Shown: positions 18,001-33,840 of the stretch, piece by piece
How the letters are laid out: each line of letters opens with the position of its first letter
How positions within the stretch are numbered: the first letter of the stretch is position 1
Assembly: GCA_964016885.1 (NCBI GenBank)
Contig: OZ024741.1
Span: 20,088,001 to 20,152,000, forward strand
Source of the DNA: Eledone cirrhosa
Lineage: Eukaryota
DNA: 64,000 nucleotides
Direction: 5' to 3'
Notes under the pieces: generated by a model
The model's database searches: none
What the model was told of the DNA's origin: nothing
What the model saw: the letters and a program-made list of their open reading frames with translations, nothing else
Position numbers and translations under genes: made by a program

Positions 18001-21000
18001 CCACCATCACTACCGTCATCATCATCACCATCACTACCGTCATCAACATCACCATCACTACCGTCATCACCATCACCACCACCATCACTACCGTCATCAC
18101 CATAACCTCCGCCATCACCATCATCACCATCACTACCGTCATCACCATCACCACCATCACTACCGTCATCACCATCACCACCATCACTACCGTCATCACC
18201 ATCACCACCATCACTACCGTCATCACCATCACCATCATCACTACCGTCATCACCATCACCACCATCACTACCGTCATCACCATCACTATCACTACCGTCA
18301 TCACCATCACCATCACTACCGTCATCACCATCACGACCATCACTACCGTCATCACCATCACCATCACTACCGTCATCACCATCACCACCACCATCACTAC
18401 CGTCATCACCATCACTACCATCACCATCACCACCACCATCACTACCGTCATCATCATCGCCATCACTACCGTCATCACCACCACCATCACTACCGTCATC
18501 ACCACCATCACCATCACTACCGTCATCACCATCACCACCACCATCACTACCGTCATCACCATCACCATCACTACCGTCATCACCATCATCACCATCACTA
18601 CCGTCATCACAATCACCACCATCACTACCGTTATCAACATCACCATCACTACCGTCATCACCATCACCACCACCATCACTACCATCATCACCATCACCAT
18701 CACTACCGTCATCACCATCATCACAATCACCACCATCACTACCGTCATCACCATCATCACCATCACTACCGTCACCATGACCATCACCATCACTACCGTC
18801 ATCACCATCATCACCATCACTACCGTCATCACCATCACCACCATCACTACCGTCATCACCACCATCACCATCACTACCGTCATCACCATCACCACCACCA
18901 TCACTACCGTCATCACCATCACCATCACTACCGTCATCACCATCGCCACCATCACTACCGTCATCACCATCATCGCCATCACTACCGTCATCACCATCAC
19001 CACCACCATCACTACCGTCATCACCATCACCACCATCACTACCGTCATCACCATCACCATCACCATCACTACCGTCATCACCATCACCATCACTACCGTC
19101 ATCACCATCACCACCACCATCACTACCGTCATCACCATCACTACCATCACCATCACCACCACCATCACTACCGTCATCATCATCGCCATCACTACCGTCA
19201 TCACCACCACCATCACTACCGTCATCACCACCATCACCATCACTACCGTCATCACCATCACCACCACCATCACTACCGTCATCACCATCACCATCACTAC
19301 CGTCATCACCATCATCACCATCACTACCGTCATCACAATCACCACCATCACTACCGTTATCAACATCACCATCACTACCGTCATCACCATCACCACCACC
19401 ATCACTACCATCATCACCATCACCATCACTACCGTCATCACCATCATCACAATCACCACCATCACTACCGTCATCACCATCATCACCATCACTACCGTCA
19501 CCATGACCATCACCATCACTACCGTCATCACCATCATCACCATCACTACCGTCATCACCATCACCACCATCACTACCGTCATCACCACCATCACCATCAC
19601 TACCGTCATCACCATCACCACCACCATCACTACCGTCATCACCATCACCATCACTACCGTCATCACCATCGCCACCATCACTACCGTCATCACCATCATC
19701 GCCATCACTACCGTCATCACCATCACCACCACCATCACTACCGTCATCACCATCACCACCATCACTACCGTCATCACCATCACCATCACCATCACTACCG
19801 TCATCACCATCACCATCACTACAGTCATCACCATCACCATCACTACCGTCATCACCATCACCATCACTACCGTCATCACCATCACGAACATCACTACCGG
19901 CATCACCATCACCATCACTACCGTCATCACCATCACCACCACCATCACTACCGTCATCACCATCACCATCACTACCATCATCACCATCATCACCATCACT
20001 ACCGTCATCACCATCACCACCATCACTACCATCACCACCATCACAACCGTCATCACCATCACCACCACCATCACAACCGTCATCACCGTCACCATCACTA
20101 CCGTCATCACCATCACCATCGCTACCGTCATCACTACCGTCATCACCATCACCAACATCACTACCGTCACCACCATCACCATCACAACCGTCATCACCGT
20201 CACCATCACTACCTTCATCACCACCAACATCACCACCATCACCACCATCACCATCACCATCACCACCACCACCATCACTACCGTCATCACCATCACCATC
20301 ACTACCGTCATCACCATCACCACCACCATCACTACCGTCATCACCACCACCATCACTACCGTCATCACCATCACTACCGTCACCATCACCATCATAACCA
20401 TCACTAGCGTCATCACCATCACCACCATCACTACCGTCATCACCATCACCATCACTACCGTCATCACGACCACCATCACTACCGTCATCACCACCAACAC
20501 CTCTACCGTCATCACCATCACCACCACCATCACTACCGTCATCACCATCACCATCACTACCGTCATCACCTTCACCAACATCACTACCGTCATCACCATC
20601 ACCACCATCACTACCGTCATCACCACTACTATCAATACCGTCACCATCACCATCACCATCACTACCGTCATCACCATCACCACCATCACTACCATCATCA
20701 CCACCACCATCACTACCGTCATCACCATCACAATCACTACCGTCATCACCATCACCACCACCATCACTACCTTCATCACCATCACCATCACCACCATCAC
20801 TACCGTCATCACCATCACCACCATCACTACCGTCATCACCATCACCACCATCACTACCGTGATCACCATCACCACCATCACTACCGTCATCACCATCACC
20901 ACCATCACTACCGTCATCACCATCACCACCACCATCACTACCGTCATCACCATCACCACCATCACTACCTTCATCACCATCACCACCATCACTACCGTCA

Positions 21001-24000
21001 TCACCATCACCACCACCATCACTACCGTCATCACCATCACCACCATCACTACCTTCATCACCATCACCATCACTACCGTCATCACCATCACCATCACTAC
21101 CGTCATCACCATCACCACCATCACTACCGTCATCATCATCGCCATCACTACCGTCATCAACATCACCATCACTACCGTCATCACCATCACCACCATCATC
21201 ACTACCGTCATCACCATCACCTCCGCCATCACCATCATCACCATCACTACTGTCATCACCATCACCACCATCACTATCGTCATCACCATCACCACCATCA
21301 CTACCGTCATCACCATCACCACCATCACTACCGTCATCACCATCACCACCATCACTACCGTCATCACCATCACCACCATCACTACCGTCATCACCATCAC
21401 TATCACTACCGTCATCACCATCACCATCACTACCGTCATCACCATCACGACCATCACTACCCTCATCACCATCACCATCACTACCGTCATCACCATCACC
21501 ACCACCATCACTACCGTCATCACCATCACTACCATCACCATCACCACCACCATCACTACCGTCATCATCATCGCCATCACTACCGTCATCACCACCACCA
21601 TCACTACCGTCATCACCACCACTACCGTCATCACCATCACCACCACCATCACTACCGTCATCACCATCACCATCACTACCGTCATCACCATCATCACCAT
21701 CACTACCGTCATCACAATCACCACCATCACTACCGTCATCAACATCACCATCACTACCGTCATCACCATCACCACCACCATCACTACCGTCATCACCATC
21801 ACCATCACTACCGTCATCACCATCATCACCATCACTACCGTCACCATCACCATCACCATCACTACCGTCATCACCATCATCACCATCACTACCGTCATCA
21901 CCATCACCACCATCACTACCGTCATCACCACCATCACCATCACTACCGTCATCACCATCACCACCACCATCACTACCGTCATCACCATCACCATCACTAC
22001 CGTCATCACCATCGCCACCATCACTACCGTCATCACCATCATCGCCATCACTACCGTCATCACCATCACCATCACCATCACTACCGTCATCACCATCACC
22101 ATCACTACAGTCATCACCATCACCACCATCACTACCGTCATCACCATCACCATCACTACAGTCATCACCATCACCATCACTACCGTCATCAATATCACCA
22201 TCACTACCGTCATCACCATCATCGCCATCACTACCGTCATCACCATCACCATCACCATCACTACCGTCATCACCACCACCATCACTACCGTCATCACCAT
22301 CACCACCATCACTACCGTCATCACCATCACCATCACCATCACTACCGTCATCACCATCACCATCACTACAGTCATCACCATCACCATCACTACCGTCATC
22401 AATATCACCATCACTACCGTCATCACCATCACGAACATCACTACCGGCATCACCATCACCATCACTACCGTCATCACCATCACCACCACCATCACTACCG
22501 TCATCACCATCACCATCACTACCATCATCACCATCATCACCATCACTACCGTCATCACCATCACCACCATCACTACCATCACCACCATCACAACCGTCAT
22601 CACCATCACCACCACGATCACTACCGTCATCACCATCACCACCATCACTACCGTCATCACCATCACCACCACCATCACTACCGTCATCACCATCACCACC
22701 ATCACTACCGTCATCACCATCACCACCACCATCACTACCGTCATCACCATCACTACCGTCATCACCATCACCATCACTACCGTCATCACCATCACCACCA
22801 TCACTACCGTCATCATCATCACCATCACTACCGTCATCAACATCACCATCACTACCGTCATCACCATCACCACCACCATCACTACCGTCATCACCATAAC
22901 CTCCGCCATCACCATCATCACCATCACTACCGTCATCACCATCACCACCATCACTACCGTCATCACCATCACCACCATCACTACCGTCATCACCATCACC
23001 ACCATCACTACCGTCATCACCATCACCACCATCACTACCGTCATCACCATCACCACCATCACTACCGTCATCATCATCGCCATCACTACCGTCATCACCA
23101 CCATCACCATCACTACCGTCATCACCATCACCACCACCATCACTACCGTCATCACCATCACCATCACTACCGTCATCACCATCATCACCATCACTACCGT
23201 CATCACAATCACCACCATCACTACCGTCATCAACATCACCATCACTACCGTCATCACCATCACCACCACCATCACTACAGTCATCACCATCACCACCATC
23301 ACTACCGTCATCACCACCACCATCACTACCGTCATCACCACCATCACCATCACTACCGTCATCACCATCACCACCACCATCACTACCGTCATCACCATCA
23401 CCATCACTACCGTCATCACCATCATCACCATCACTACCGTCATCACAATCACCACCATCACTACCGTCATCAACATCACCATCACTACCGTCATCACCAT
23501 CACCACCACCATCACTACCGTCATCACCATCACCATCACTACCGTCATCACCATCATCACAATCACCACCATCACTACCGTCATCACCATCATCACCATC
23601 ACTACCGTCACCATGACCATCACCATCACTACCGTCATCACCATCATCACCATCACTACCGTCATCACCATCACCACCATCACTACCGTCATCACCACCA
23701 TCACCATCACTACCGTCATCACCATCACCACCACCATCACTACCGTCATCACCATCACCATCACTACCGTCATCACCATCGCCACCATCACTACCGTCAT
23801 CACCATCATCGCCATCACTACCGTCATCACCATCACCACCACCATCACTACCGTCATCACCATCACCACCATCACTACCGTCATCACCATCACCATCACC
23901 ATCACTACCGTCATCACCATCACCATCACTACAGTCATCACCATCACCATCACTACCGTCATCACCATCACCATCACTACCGTCATCACCATCACGAACA

Positions 24001-27000
24001 TCACTACCGGCATCACCATCACCATCACTACCGTCATCACCATCACCACCACCATCACTACCGTCATCACCATCACCATCACTACCATCATCACCATCAT
24101 CACCATCACTACCGTCATCACCATCACCACCATCACTACCATCACCACCATCACAACCGTCATCACCATCACCACCACCATCACTACCGTCATCACCATC
24201 ACCACCATCACTACCGTCATCACCATCACCACCACCATCACTACCGTCATCACCATCACCACCATAACTACCGTCATCACCATCACCACCACCATCACTA
24301 CCGTCATCACCATCACTACCGTCATCACCATCACCACCATCACTACCGTCATCACCATCACCATCACTACCGTCATCACCATCACCATCACTACCGTCAT
24401 CACCATCACCACCATCACTACCGTCATCATCATCGCCATCACTACCGTCATCAACATCACCATCACTACCGTCATCACCATCACCACCACCATCACTACC
24501 GTCATCACCATCACCTCCGCCATCACCATCATCACCATCACTACCGTCATCACCATCACCACCATCACTACCGTCATCACCATCACCACCATCACTACCG
24601 TCATCACCATCACCACCATCACTACCGTCATCACCACCACCATCACTACCGTCACCATCACCATCACCATCACTACCGTCATCACCATCATCACCATCAC
24701 TACCGTCATCACCATCACCACCATCACTACCGTCATCACCACCATCACCATCACTACCGTCATCACCATCACTACCACCATCACTACCGTCATCACCATC
24801 ATCGCCATCACTACCGTCATCACCATCACCACCACCATCACTACCGTCATCACCATCACCACCATCACTACCGTGATCACCATCACCATCACCATCACTA
24901 CTGTCATCACCATCACCACCACCATCACTACCGTCATCACCATCACCATCACTACCGTCATCACCATCATCACCATCACTACCGTCATCACCACCATCAC
25001 CATCACTACCGTCATCACCATCACCACCACCATCACTACCGTCATCACCATCACCATCACCACCATCACTACCGTCATCACCATCACCACCATCACTACC
25101 GTCATCACCATCACGACCATCACTACCGTCATCACCATCACCATCACTACCGTCATCACCATCACCACCACCATCACTACCGTCATCACCATCACCATTA
25201 CTACCATCATCACCATCATCACCATCACTACCATCACCATCACCACCACCATCACTACCGTCATCACCATCACCACCACCATCACTACCGTCATCACCAT
25301 CACCATCACTACCGTCATCACCATCACCATCACTACCGTCATCACCATCACCACCACCATCACTACCGTCATCACCATCACCATCACTACCGTCATCACC
25401 ATCACCATCACTACCGTCATCACCATCACCACCACCATCACTACCCTCATCACCATCACCATCACTACCGTCATCCCCACCATCACCATCACTACCGTCA
25501 CCATCACCACCACCATCACTACCGTCATCACCATCACCACCACCATCACTACCGTCATCACCATCACCACCATCACTACCGTCATCACCACCACCATCAC
25601 TACCGTCACCATCACCATCACCATCACTACTGTCATCACCATCATCACCATCACTACCGTCATCACCATCACCACCATCACTACCGTCATCACCACCATC
25701 ACCATCACTACCGTCATCACCATCACCACCACCATCACTACCGCATCACCATCACCATCACTACCGTCATCACCATCACCACCATCACTACCGTCATTAC
25801 CATCACCACCATCACTACCATCATCACCATCATCGCCATCACTACCGTCATCACCATCACCACCACCATCACTACCGTCATCACCATCACCACCATCACT
25901 ACCGTCATCACCATCACCATCACCATCACTACCGTCATCACCATCACCATCACCATCACCATCACTACAGTCATCACCATCACCATCACTACCATCATCA
26001 CCATCACCATCACTACCGTCATCACCATCACGACCATCACTACCGTCATCACCATCACCATCACTACCGTCATCACCATCACCACCACCATCACTACCGT
26101 CATCACCATCACCATCACTACCATCATCACCATCATCACCATCACAACCGTCATCACCATTACCACCATCACTACCGTCATCACCATCACCACCACCATC
26201 ACTGCCGTCATCACCATCACCACCATCACTACCGTCATCACCATCACCACCACCATCACTACCGTCATCACCATCACCACCATCACTACCGTCATCACCA
26301 TCACCATCACCATCACTACCGTCATCACCATCACCATCACCATCACTACAGTCATCACCATCACCATCACTACCATCATCACCATCACCATCACTACCGT
26401 CATCACCATCACGACCATCACTACCGTCATCACCATCACCATCACTACCGTCATCACCATCACCACCACCATCACTACCGTCATCACCATCACCATCACT
26501 ACCATCATCACCATCATCACCATCACAACCGTCATCACCATTACCACCATCACTACCGTCATCACCATCACCACCACCATCACTGCCGTCATCACCATCA
26601 CCACCATCACTACCGTCATCACCATCACCACCACCATCACTACCGTCATCACCATCACTACCGTCATCACCATCACCACCATCACTACTGTCATCACCAT
26701 CACCATCACTACCGTCATCACCATCACCATCACTACCGTCATCACCATCACGACCACCATCACTACCGTCATCACCATCACCACCACCATCACTACCGTC
26801 ATCATCATCGCCATCACTACCGTCATCACCATCACCACCATTACTACCGTCATCACCATCACCACCATCACTACCGTCATCACCACCATCACCATCACTA
26901 CCGTCATCACCATCACCACCACCATCACTACCGTCATCACCATCACCATCACCATCACTACCGTCATCACCATCACCACCATCACTACCGTCATCACCAT

Positions 27001-30000
27001 CATCGCCATCACTACCGTCATCACCATCACCACCATCACTACCGTGATCACCATCACCATCACCATCACTACCGTCATCACCATCACCACCACCATCACT
27101 ACCGTCATCACCATCACCATCACTACCGTCATCACCATCATCACCATCACTACCGTCATCACCATCACCACCACCATCACTACCGTCATCACCATCACCA
27201 TCACCACCATCACTACCGCCATCACCATCACCACCATCACTACCGTCATCACCATCACGACCATCACTACCGTCATCACCATCACTACCGTCATCACCAT
27301 CACCACCACCATCACTACCGTCATCACCATCACCATCACTACCATCATCACCATCATCACCATCACTACCGTCATCACCATCACCACCATCACTACCATC
27401 ACCACCATCACAACCGTCATCACCATCACCACCATCACTACCGTCATCACCATAACCACCACCATCACTACCGTCATCACCATCACCATCACTACCGTCA
27501 TCACCATCACCATCACTACCGTGATCACCATCACCACCACCATCACTACCGTCATCACCATCACCATCACTACCGTCATCACCACCATCACCATCACTAC
27601 CGTCATCACCATCACCATCACTACCGTCACCATCACCACCACCATCACTACCGTCATCACCATCACCACCACCATCACTACCGTCATCACCATCACCACC
27701 ACCATCACTACCGTCATCACCATCACCACCATCACTACCGTCATCACCATCACCATCACCACCATCACTACCGTCATCACCATCACCATCACCACCATCA
27801 CCATCACTACCGTCATCACCACCATCACCAACATCACCATCACCATCACTACCGTCATCACCACCACCACCACCATCACTACCGTCATCACCATCACCAT
27901 CACCACCATCACTACCGTCATCACCATCACCATCACCACCATCACCATCACTACCGTCATCACCACCATCACCATCACCACCAACATCACCATCCCCATC
28001 ACCACCATCACCATCACTACCGTCATCACCACCACCACCACCATCACTACCGTCATCACCATCACCACCATCACTACCGTCATCACCATCACCATCACTA
28101 CCGTCATCACCATCACCATCACTACCGTCATCACCATCACCACCACCATCACTACCGTCATCACCACCACCACCATCACTACCGTCATCACCATCACCAC
28201 CATCACTACCGTCATCACCATCACCATCACTACCGTCATCACCATCACCACCACCATCACTACCGTCATCACCACCACCACCATCACTACCGTCATCACC
28301 ATCACCACCATCACTACCGTCATCACCATCACCATCACCACCATCACTACCGTCATCACCACCACCATCACTACCGTCATCACCATCACCACCATCACTA
28401 CCGTCATCACCATCACCACCATCACTACCGTCATCACCATCACCACCATCACTACCGTCATCACCATCACCACCATCACTACCGTCATCACCATCACCAT
28501 CACTACCATCACCACCACCATCACTACCGTCATCACCATCACTACCGTCATCACCATCACCACCATCACTACCGTCATCACCATCACCATCACTACCGTC
28601 ATCACCACCACCACCACCATCACTACCGTCATCACCATCACCATCACTACCATCACCACCACCATCACTACCGTCATCACCATCACTACCGTCATCACCA
28701 CCACCACCATCACTACCGTCATCACCATCACTACCGTCATCACCACCACCACCATCACTACCGTCATCACCATCACTACCGTCATCACCATCACCACCAT
28801 CACTACCGTCATCACCATCACCATCACTACCGTCATCACCATCACCACCACCATCACTACCGTCATCACCATCACTACCGTCATCACCACCAACACCACC
28901 ATCACTACCGTCATCACCAACACCACCATCACTACCGTCATCACCATCACTACCATCACTACCGTCATCACCATCACCACCATCACTACCGTCATCACCA
29001 TCACCATCACTACCGTCATCACCACCACCACCACCATCACTACCGTCATCACCATCACCATCACTACCATCACCACCACCATCACTACCGTCATCACCAT
29101 CACTACCGTCATCACCACCACCACCATCACTACCGTCATCACCATCACTACCGTCATCACCACCACCACCATCACTACCGTCATCACCATCACTACCGTC
29201 ATCACCATCACCACCATCACTACCGTCATCACCATCACCATCACTACCGTTATCACCATCACCACCACCATCACTACCGTCATCACCATCACTACCGTCA
29301 TCACCACCAACACCACCATCACTACCGTCATCACCAACACCACCATCACTACCGTCATCACCAACACCACCATCACTACCGTCATCACCATCACCATCAC
29401 TACCGTCATCACCATCACCACCACCATCACTACCGTCATCACCATCACTACCGTCATCACCACCAACACCACCATCACTACCGTCATCACCACCATCACC
29501 ACCATCACTACCGTCATCACCATCACCACCATCACTACCGTCATCACCACCATCACTACCGTCATCACCATCACCACCATCACTACCGTCATCACCATCA
29601 CCATAACCACCATCACTACCGTCATCACCATCACCACCATCACTACCGTCATCACCATCACCATAACCACCATCACTACCGTCATCACCATCACCACCAT
29701 CACTACCGTCATCACCATCACCATAACCACCATCACTACCGTCATCACCATCACCATCACTACCATCACCACCACCATCACCATCACCACCAACATCACC
29801 ATCACCACCACCACCATCACCATCACTACCGTCATCACCACCATCACCATCACCATCACCATCACCACCACCACCACCACCATCACCATCACCACCACCA
29901 TCACCACCATCACCATCACCACCAACATCACCATCACCACCATCACCATCACCATCACCATCACCATCACTACCACCACCACCACCATCACCATCACCAC

Positions 30001-30142
30001 CAACATCACCATCACCACCACCACCATCACCATCACTACCGTCATCACCACCATCACCATCACCATCACCATCACCACCACCACCACCACCATCACCACC
30101 ACCACCACCACCATCACCATCACCACCACCATCACCATCATC
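1..30142. repeat. Giant triplet-based satellite, core ATC-ACT-ACC-GTC-ATC-ACC plus variable (ATC/ACC)n, monomers about 18-30 bp; runs off the left edge of the window
   Basis: Continuous ACC/ATC/ACT/GTC triplets from base 1 to ...atcaccatcatc at 30142, with recurring variant triplets marking kb-scale duplications. Confidence 0.98.
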
Positions 30143-30309
30143 TGAAGTAGTAACAGTATCAACAACAAAAATGGTGACGAAAACAAATTTGATTAGGCTA
30201 TAAACCAGTTATAGTATCAAGTTATCATCCACATACCACGTGATAGCTTTCAGACAGTCACGTGGTCTTACACTCAATGTTTGTTTCCCTTTTCAATTAT
30301 CTGGTCGAA

Positions 30310-30366
30310 TATATGTATATAAGTGTATGTGTGTGTCTTTCTCTGTATATATATGTATGTGTGTCT

Positions 30367-30417
<51 letters not shown>

Positions 30418-30584
30418 AGGGAGGGTGTCTGTGTGTGTGTATGTACACACGCACACAAATATACAAATATTTGCGTATATGTATATACGTGTGTGTGTGT
30501 GTGAGTGTGCATGTGTGTGTGTGTGGGGGTATGTGTGAATGTGAGTGTGCGTGTGTGTGGATGTGAGTGTGTGTGTGTGTGTGG

Positions 30585-30629
<45 letters not shown>

Positions 30630-30662
30630 TGGATGTGGATGTGTGTGTGTGGGGGGGGGGGG
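30310..30662. repeat. Compound (TA)n/(TG)n microsatellite ending in a poly-G run
   Basis: Directly visible dinucleotide runs. Confidence 0.95.
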
Positions 30663-33337
30663 CTAGTATTATTATTTAGTATATTTTCACCAATAGAGAA
30701 AATGTCAGTTTCTAACATAGAAACACAACTCTTTAGAATTTAGAGATCATCAACTAGGTATGTAGGTGTGTGTGGCTGTATGTGTTTATGTGTCTGTGTG
30801 TCTGTGTGTGTGTGTGTGTGTGTGTCTGTGTGTCTGTGTCTGTGTATGTGTGTGTATTTGTGTTGGTTTGCGCGTCTGTGCGTTACTGTGTATGTGCGTG
30901 TGTGTGTATCTGTGTGTGTACCGGTATAGATATTATTGCATGTATAAATCTGTATGTTTTGAGTTGTATGTGTGCATGTGCATATGTTCTGTATCTGTAC
31001 ATGTGTATATGCAATTATTGCTTGCAGGATTTTTTTTATATTCTACATATTTTTACTGTTCCATTAATGGATTGTACTTGTAATTTCCTAACTAGTTGTG
31101 TTCTTTCTGGTTCTGTGAAGCCCAGCTTCTCAAGATTTGTATTGAGGCAGTTACTAACATATCCCAGTGCCCCAATAATCACAGGTATAAATCTGAAGGT
31201 ATAATCAGGGTGGAGTATCTCTAGATTCCTGAACAGTTCAGCATAAATATTCTCCTTTTCGCTAATCTTTAATATTATATTTACATTCGCTGGGCAGCTG
31301 ACTTTCACTCCTGTGCATGACTTCTTTTCTCTGCTTCATATCATTATATCTAATCTGTTATGTTTGTATGTTATTAGGGTTTTCACCAGTCCTTTTTCAT
31401 ATTATGTATGTACATCACTAAATTTTTATGTTTATTCTCAGGGCTATCCTTTCTACGGATTGCATTGTATAGTGTATTGACCAGTACACAATGCCTCATA
31501 GGCAGATAGTATCATGATGTCATCTTTGGACAGTTAGTTATGATGTGGTTGACTCCCTCGATGCTTATTCCACAGAATCTGCATCTATTGTCACGTTTAT
31601 GTGTTTTGCATGCACCCCTATCTCTTTTTTGTATTAGGTATTTCGTTGTTATTTCCTGTTCGTGGATTGTAAAAGCATATCATACAAAGTGAGAACCAAT
31701 ATAACGATTGTTGCCTATAGACTGCTTTGTTTATCTATGTTACTCTCACATTGAAGCTTTCTGGCATCATAACGATGTCAGAATCTTTTGCTGATAAAGA
31801 TGCAGCTTTTCATCCATGGATTCATTGCGATGTTGTTGAGCAATTTCTCTGGGTGTGAGTTTGTGGTTATCATGTAAAGAGTATTGCTCAAGGATCTCCT
31901 TCCCAACTCTCATGACGTGTAGACAGACTTGTTCTATGGATGGGCCCCTACGGATGGTGGTCCGTAGATATTGTCGGGGGGATATGATGCCACACTCAAA
32001 TATTGTTTTAAGCCTCCGCATCCCTGTTTACATTTTAGTTTGAGGTAGTCTATTACACTGTTGATGAGGAAATGTCCGAAGCCGGTTAGAATGTATCGGG
32101 TTTTAACATCAATGGCTCGGATCTCGTCTAGCGTCCAATCAAGTAGTCCAAATGTCAGCCCAGACACAGCAAACATATTGTGGGCCACTGATTTATTGTG
32201 TGCAGGGAGTTCAGAAGACCATATCTTCCTTATTCAGGTGTTATATTCGCTGGTTACTCGTTACAACTTCCATCATAGGATATATTTTCAACTATCCCTA
32301 AGTATCTAGCAATCCTTGTCAGTTAACGTTGAAACTGCCAGGCAATTGATGGGGATGTTGCTAGAGTGGGTTGTAGTTTTACCTCGCTTTTCAATCATAT
32401 AGGAACATTTATCCTGGTCAAACTGTTTCCTTGAAATATATCCCTGTGATATTTTATTTTATCAGTAGTAATATAATTTTCCTTCTCTCTATTTAATTTC
32501 AGGACAGTGGCCCAGGAAGAAGTTTCTCTATGGCTCTGATAATGGTCTCTGATAATGAGACTTTAGCAAGTCGAAGGGCCTCTAACATCCATGAATGGGG
32601 AACTATCGAATGCTTACCAGTAAGTCATCCAGACTAACTCATTTTCTCCTATGTCACTGCACCTCTGACATCGTGGCTTTGTTAATTGGGAGTTTCTTAA
32701 TACACCCACAAACTCCTTTCTTCCCAGTTACTTGCTCATCATTGATGGTTCTGGAGGAATAGGTTCAGACAGGCTGTATATACATTAGACGGTGGTTTTT
32801 TGTCAAGTGTGTTTCTTTGTTTTGGGGGACCAATATTGTTTTGCTAAAGTAAATCGGCTTGGTATGTATACATCACCTTTGAGAGCTTGGTAGTAGAGGT
32901 TGATAAAATATAACCGATAGAAAATCAGTTTTTTTTTGTACCAGTAGCTGACAATCAAGTCTCTTCCTGGTGTTTTCTTATCTTGGAGTTTTCCTATCAC
33001 GGCCCCAATGCTTTCATCATTGTTGCTGTGTTTTTGGTGAAATGCAGGAGCAGAAATTCGTTTGTATCTCTTTCAACCACACTACATCTTGGTTGAATCT
33101 TTTTTTCTTCACCCCATATTTTTCACGAGAAGGGATCTTTCTTTCTGGGATGGGGCCTCAGTCACATTTATTACTGTGCATCTCATATCTCTATAGACTG
33201 ATGTTTGGTTTCCACTGATTTTTGTTATTAATCATTTTTCTTTCAGCCACTCTCTTATATCGAAGTTTCTCACTGGAAGCTCTCAGTTCTTGTTTGAGGG
33301 TTAACGAGTATTCAAGAATTCTGCTTCTACTGTCCCA
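30663..33337 (-). mobile_element. Degenerate R4/Dong-clade non-LTR retrotransposon (RT, CCHC knuckle, restriction-like endonuclease, 3' UTR)
   Basis: Minus-strand fragments KTPGRDLIVSYWYKK (RT N-terminus), AHNMFAVSGLTFGLLDWTLDEIRAIDVKTR, CRFCGISIEGVNHIITNCPK..YYLPMRH (zinc knuckle), HNRLDIMI..KVSCPANVN..EKENIYAEL..FIPVIIGALG (RLE); many stops and frameshifts. Confidence 0.88.
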
Positions 33338-33517
33338 AGCAGTATCGGTAGAGGGTCAGACGCCATGCTTTCCAGCTTAGTTACGTCCCTTTACGGTCTG
33401 AGTTCAAATACCGTCGAGGTTAACCTTACCTTTCATCCTTACGGGGTCAATAAAATAAAGCACCAGTAATACACTGGGATAATTGATGGCCTTGTGCCAA
33501 AAGTAGAAACAATTATT
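33338..33517 (+). mobile_element. tRNA-derived SINE, copy 1
   Basis: B-box-like GAGTTCAAATAC, core CCTTTCATCCTTACGGGGTCAATAAAATAAAGCACCAGT, 3' end GTGCCAAAAGTAGAAACAATTATT; two further copies nearby. Confidence 0.8.
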
Positions 33518-33840
33518 TCTATTTTATTTTTTCCTCTTTGTTGGTGTGGAGTGTAGTTTTTTTTTTGTTGTTTTTTTTTTTGTTGTTTTTTTTTTTGTCA
33601 TTGTTTAAATGTTATAATAATTGTCACATGCCGATAGTTTTTCATAGGTCAGCGATCTTTTTATCTATTTTTGAAATATACGATGGCGCTTTTCGTGTTG
33701 TTTCTGTTCATACCACTAAAATCACTGCCATTGCTATGACATATAGACAAACGCTAAATTGCCAAAATGTATTTAATTTGTCGTAAATATTCACCTCCCA
33801 TTTCGTCGATAGCATGTAGAATTTCATTATTTGGTTTCTT

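Noticed and set aside
1497-27047. 8516-aa Thr/Ile/Val ORF as a mucin-like gene
   Set aside because: ACC/ATC/ACT/GTC cannot become stops by single substitutions, so openness is expected. The ATG is only a repeat variant, there is no signal peptide or domain, and the P/S tail arises from a 1-bp indel
25738-30186. 1482-aa Val/Met ORF (minus) and 1033-aa Thr/Ile ORF (27044-30145)
   Set aside because: Alternative frames of the same satellite with non-ATG starts and no non-repetitive domain
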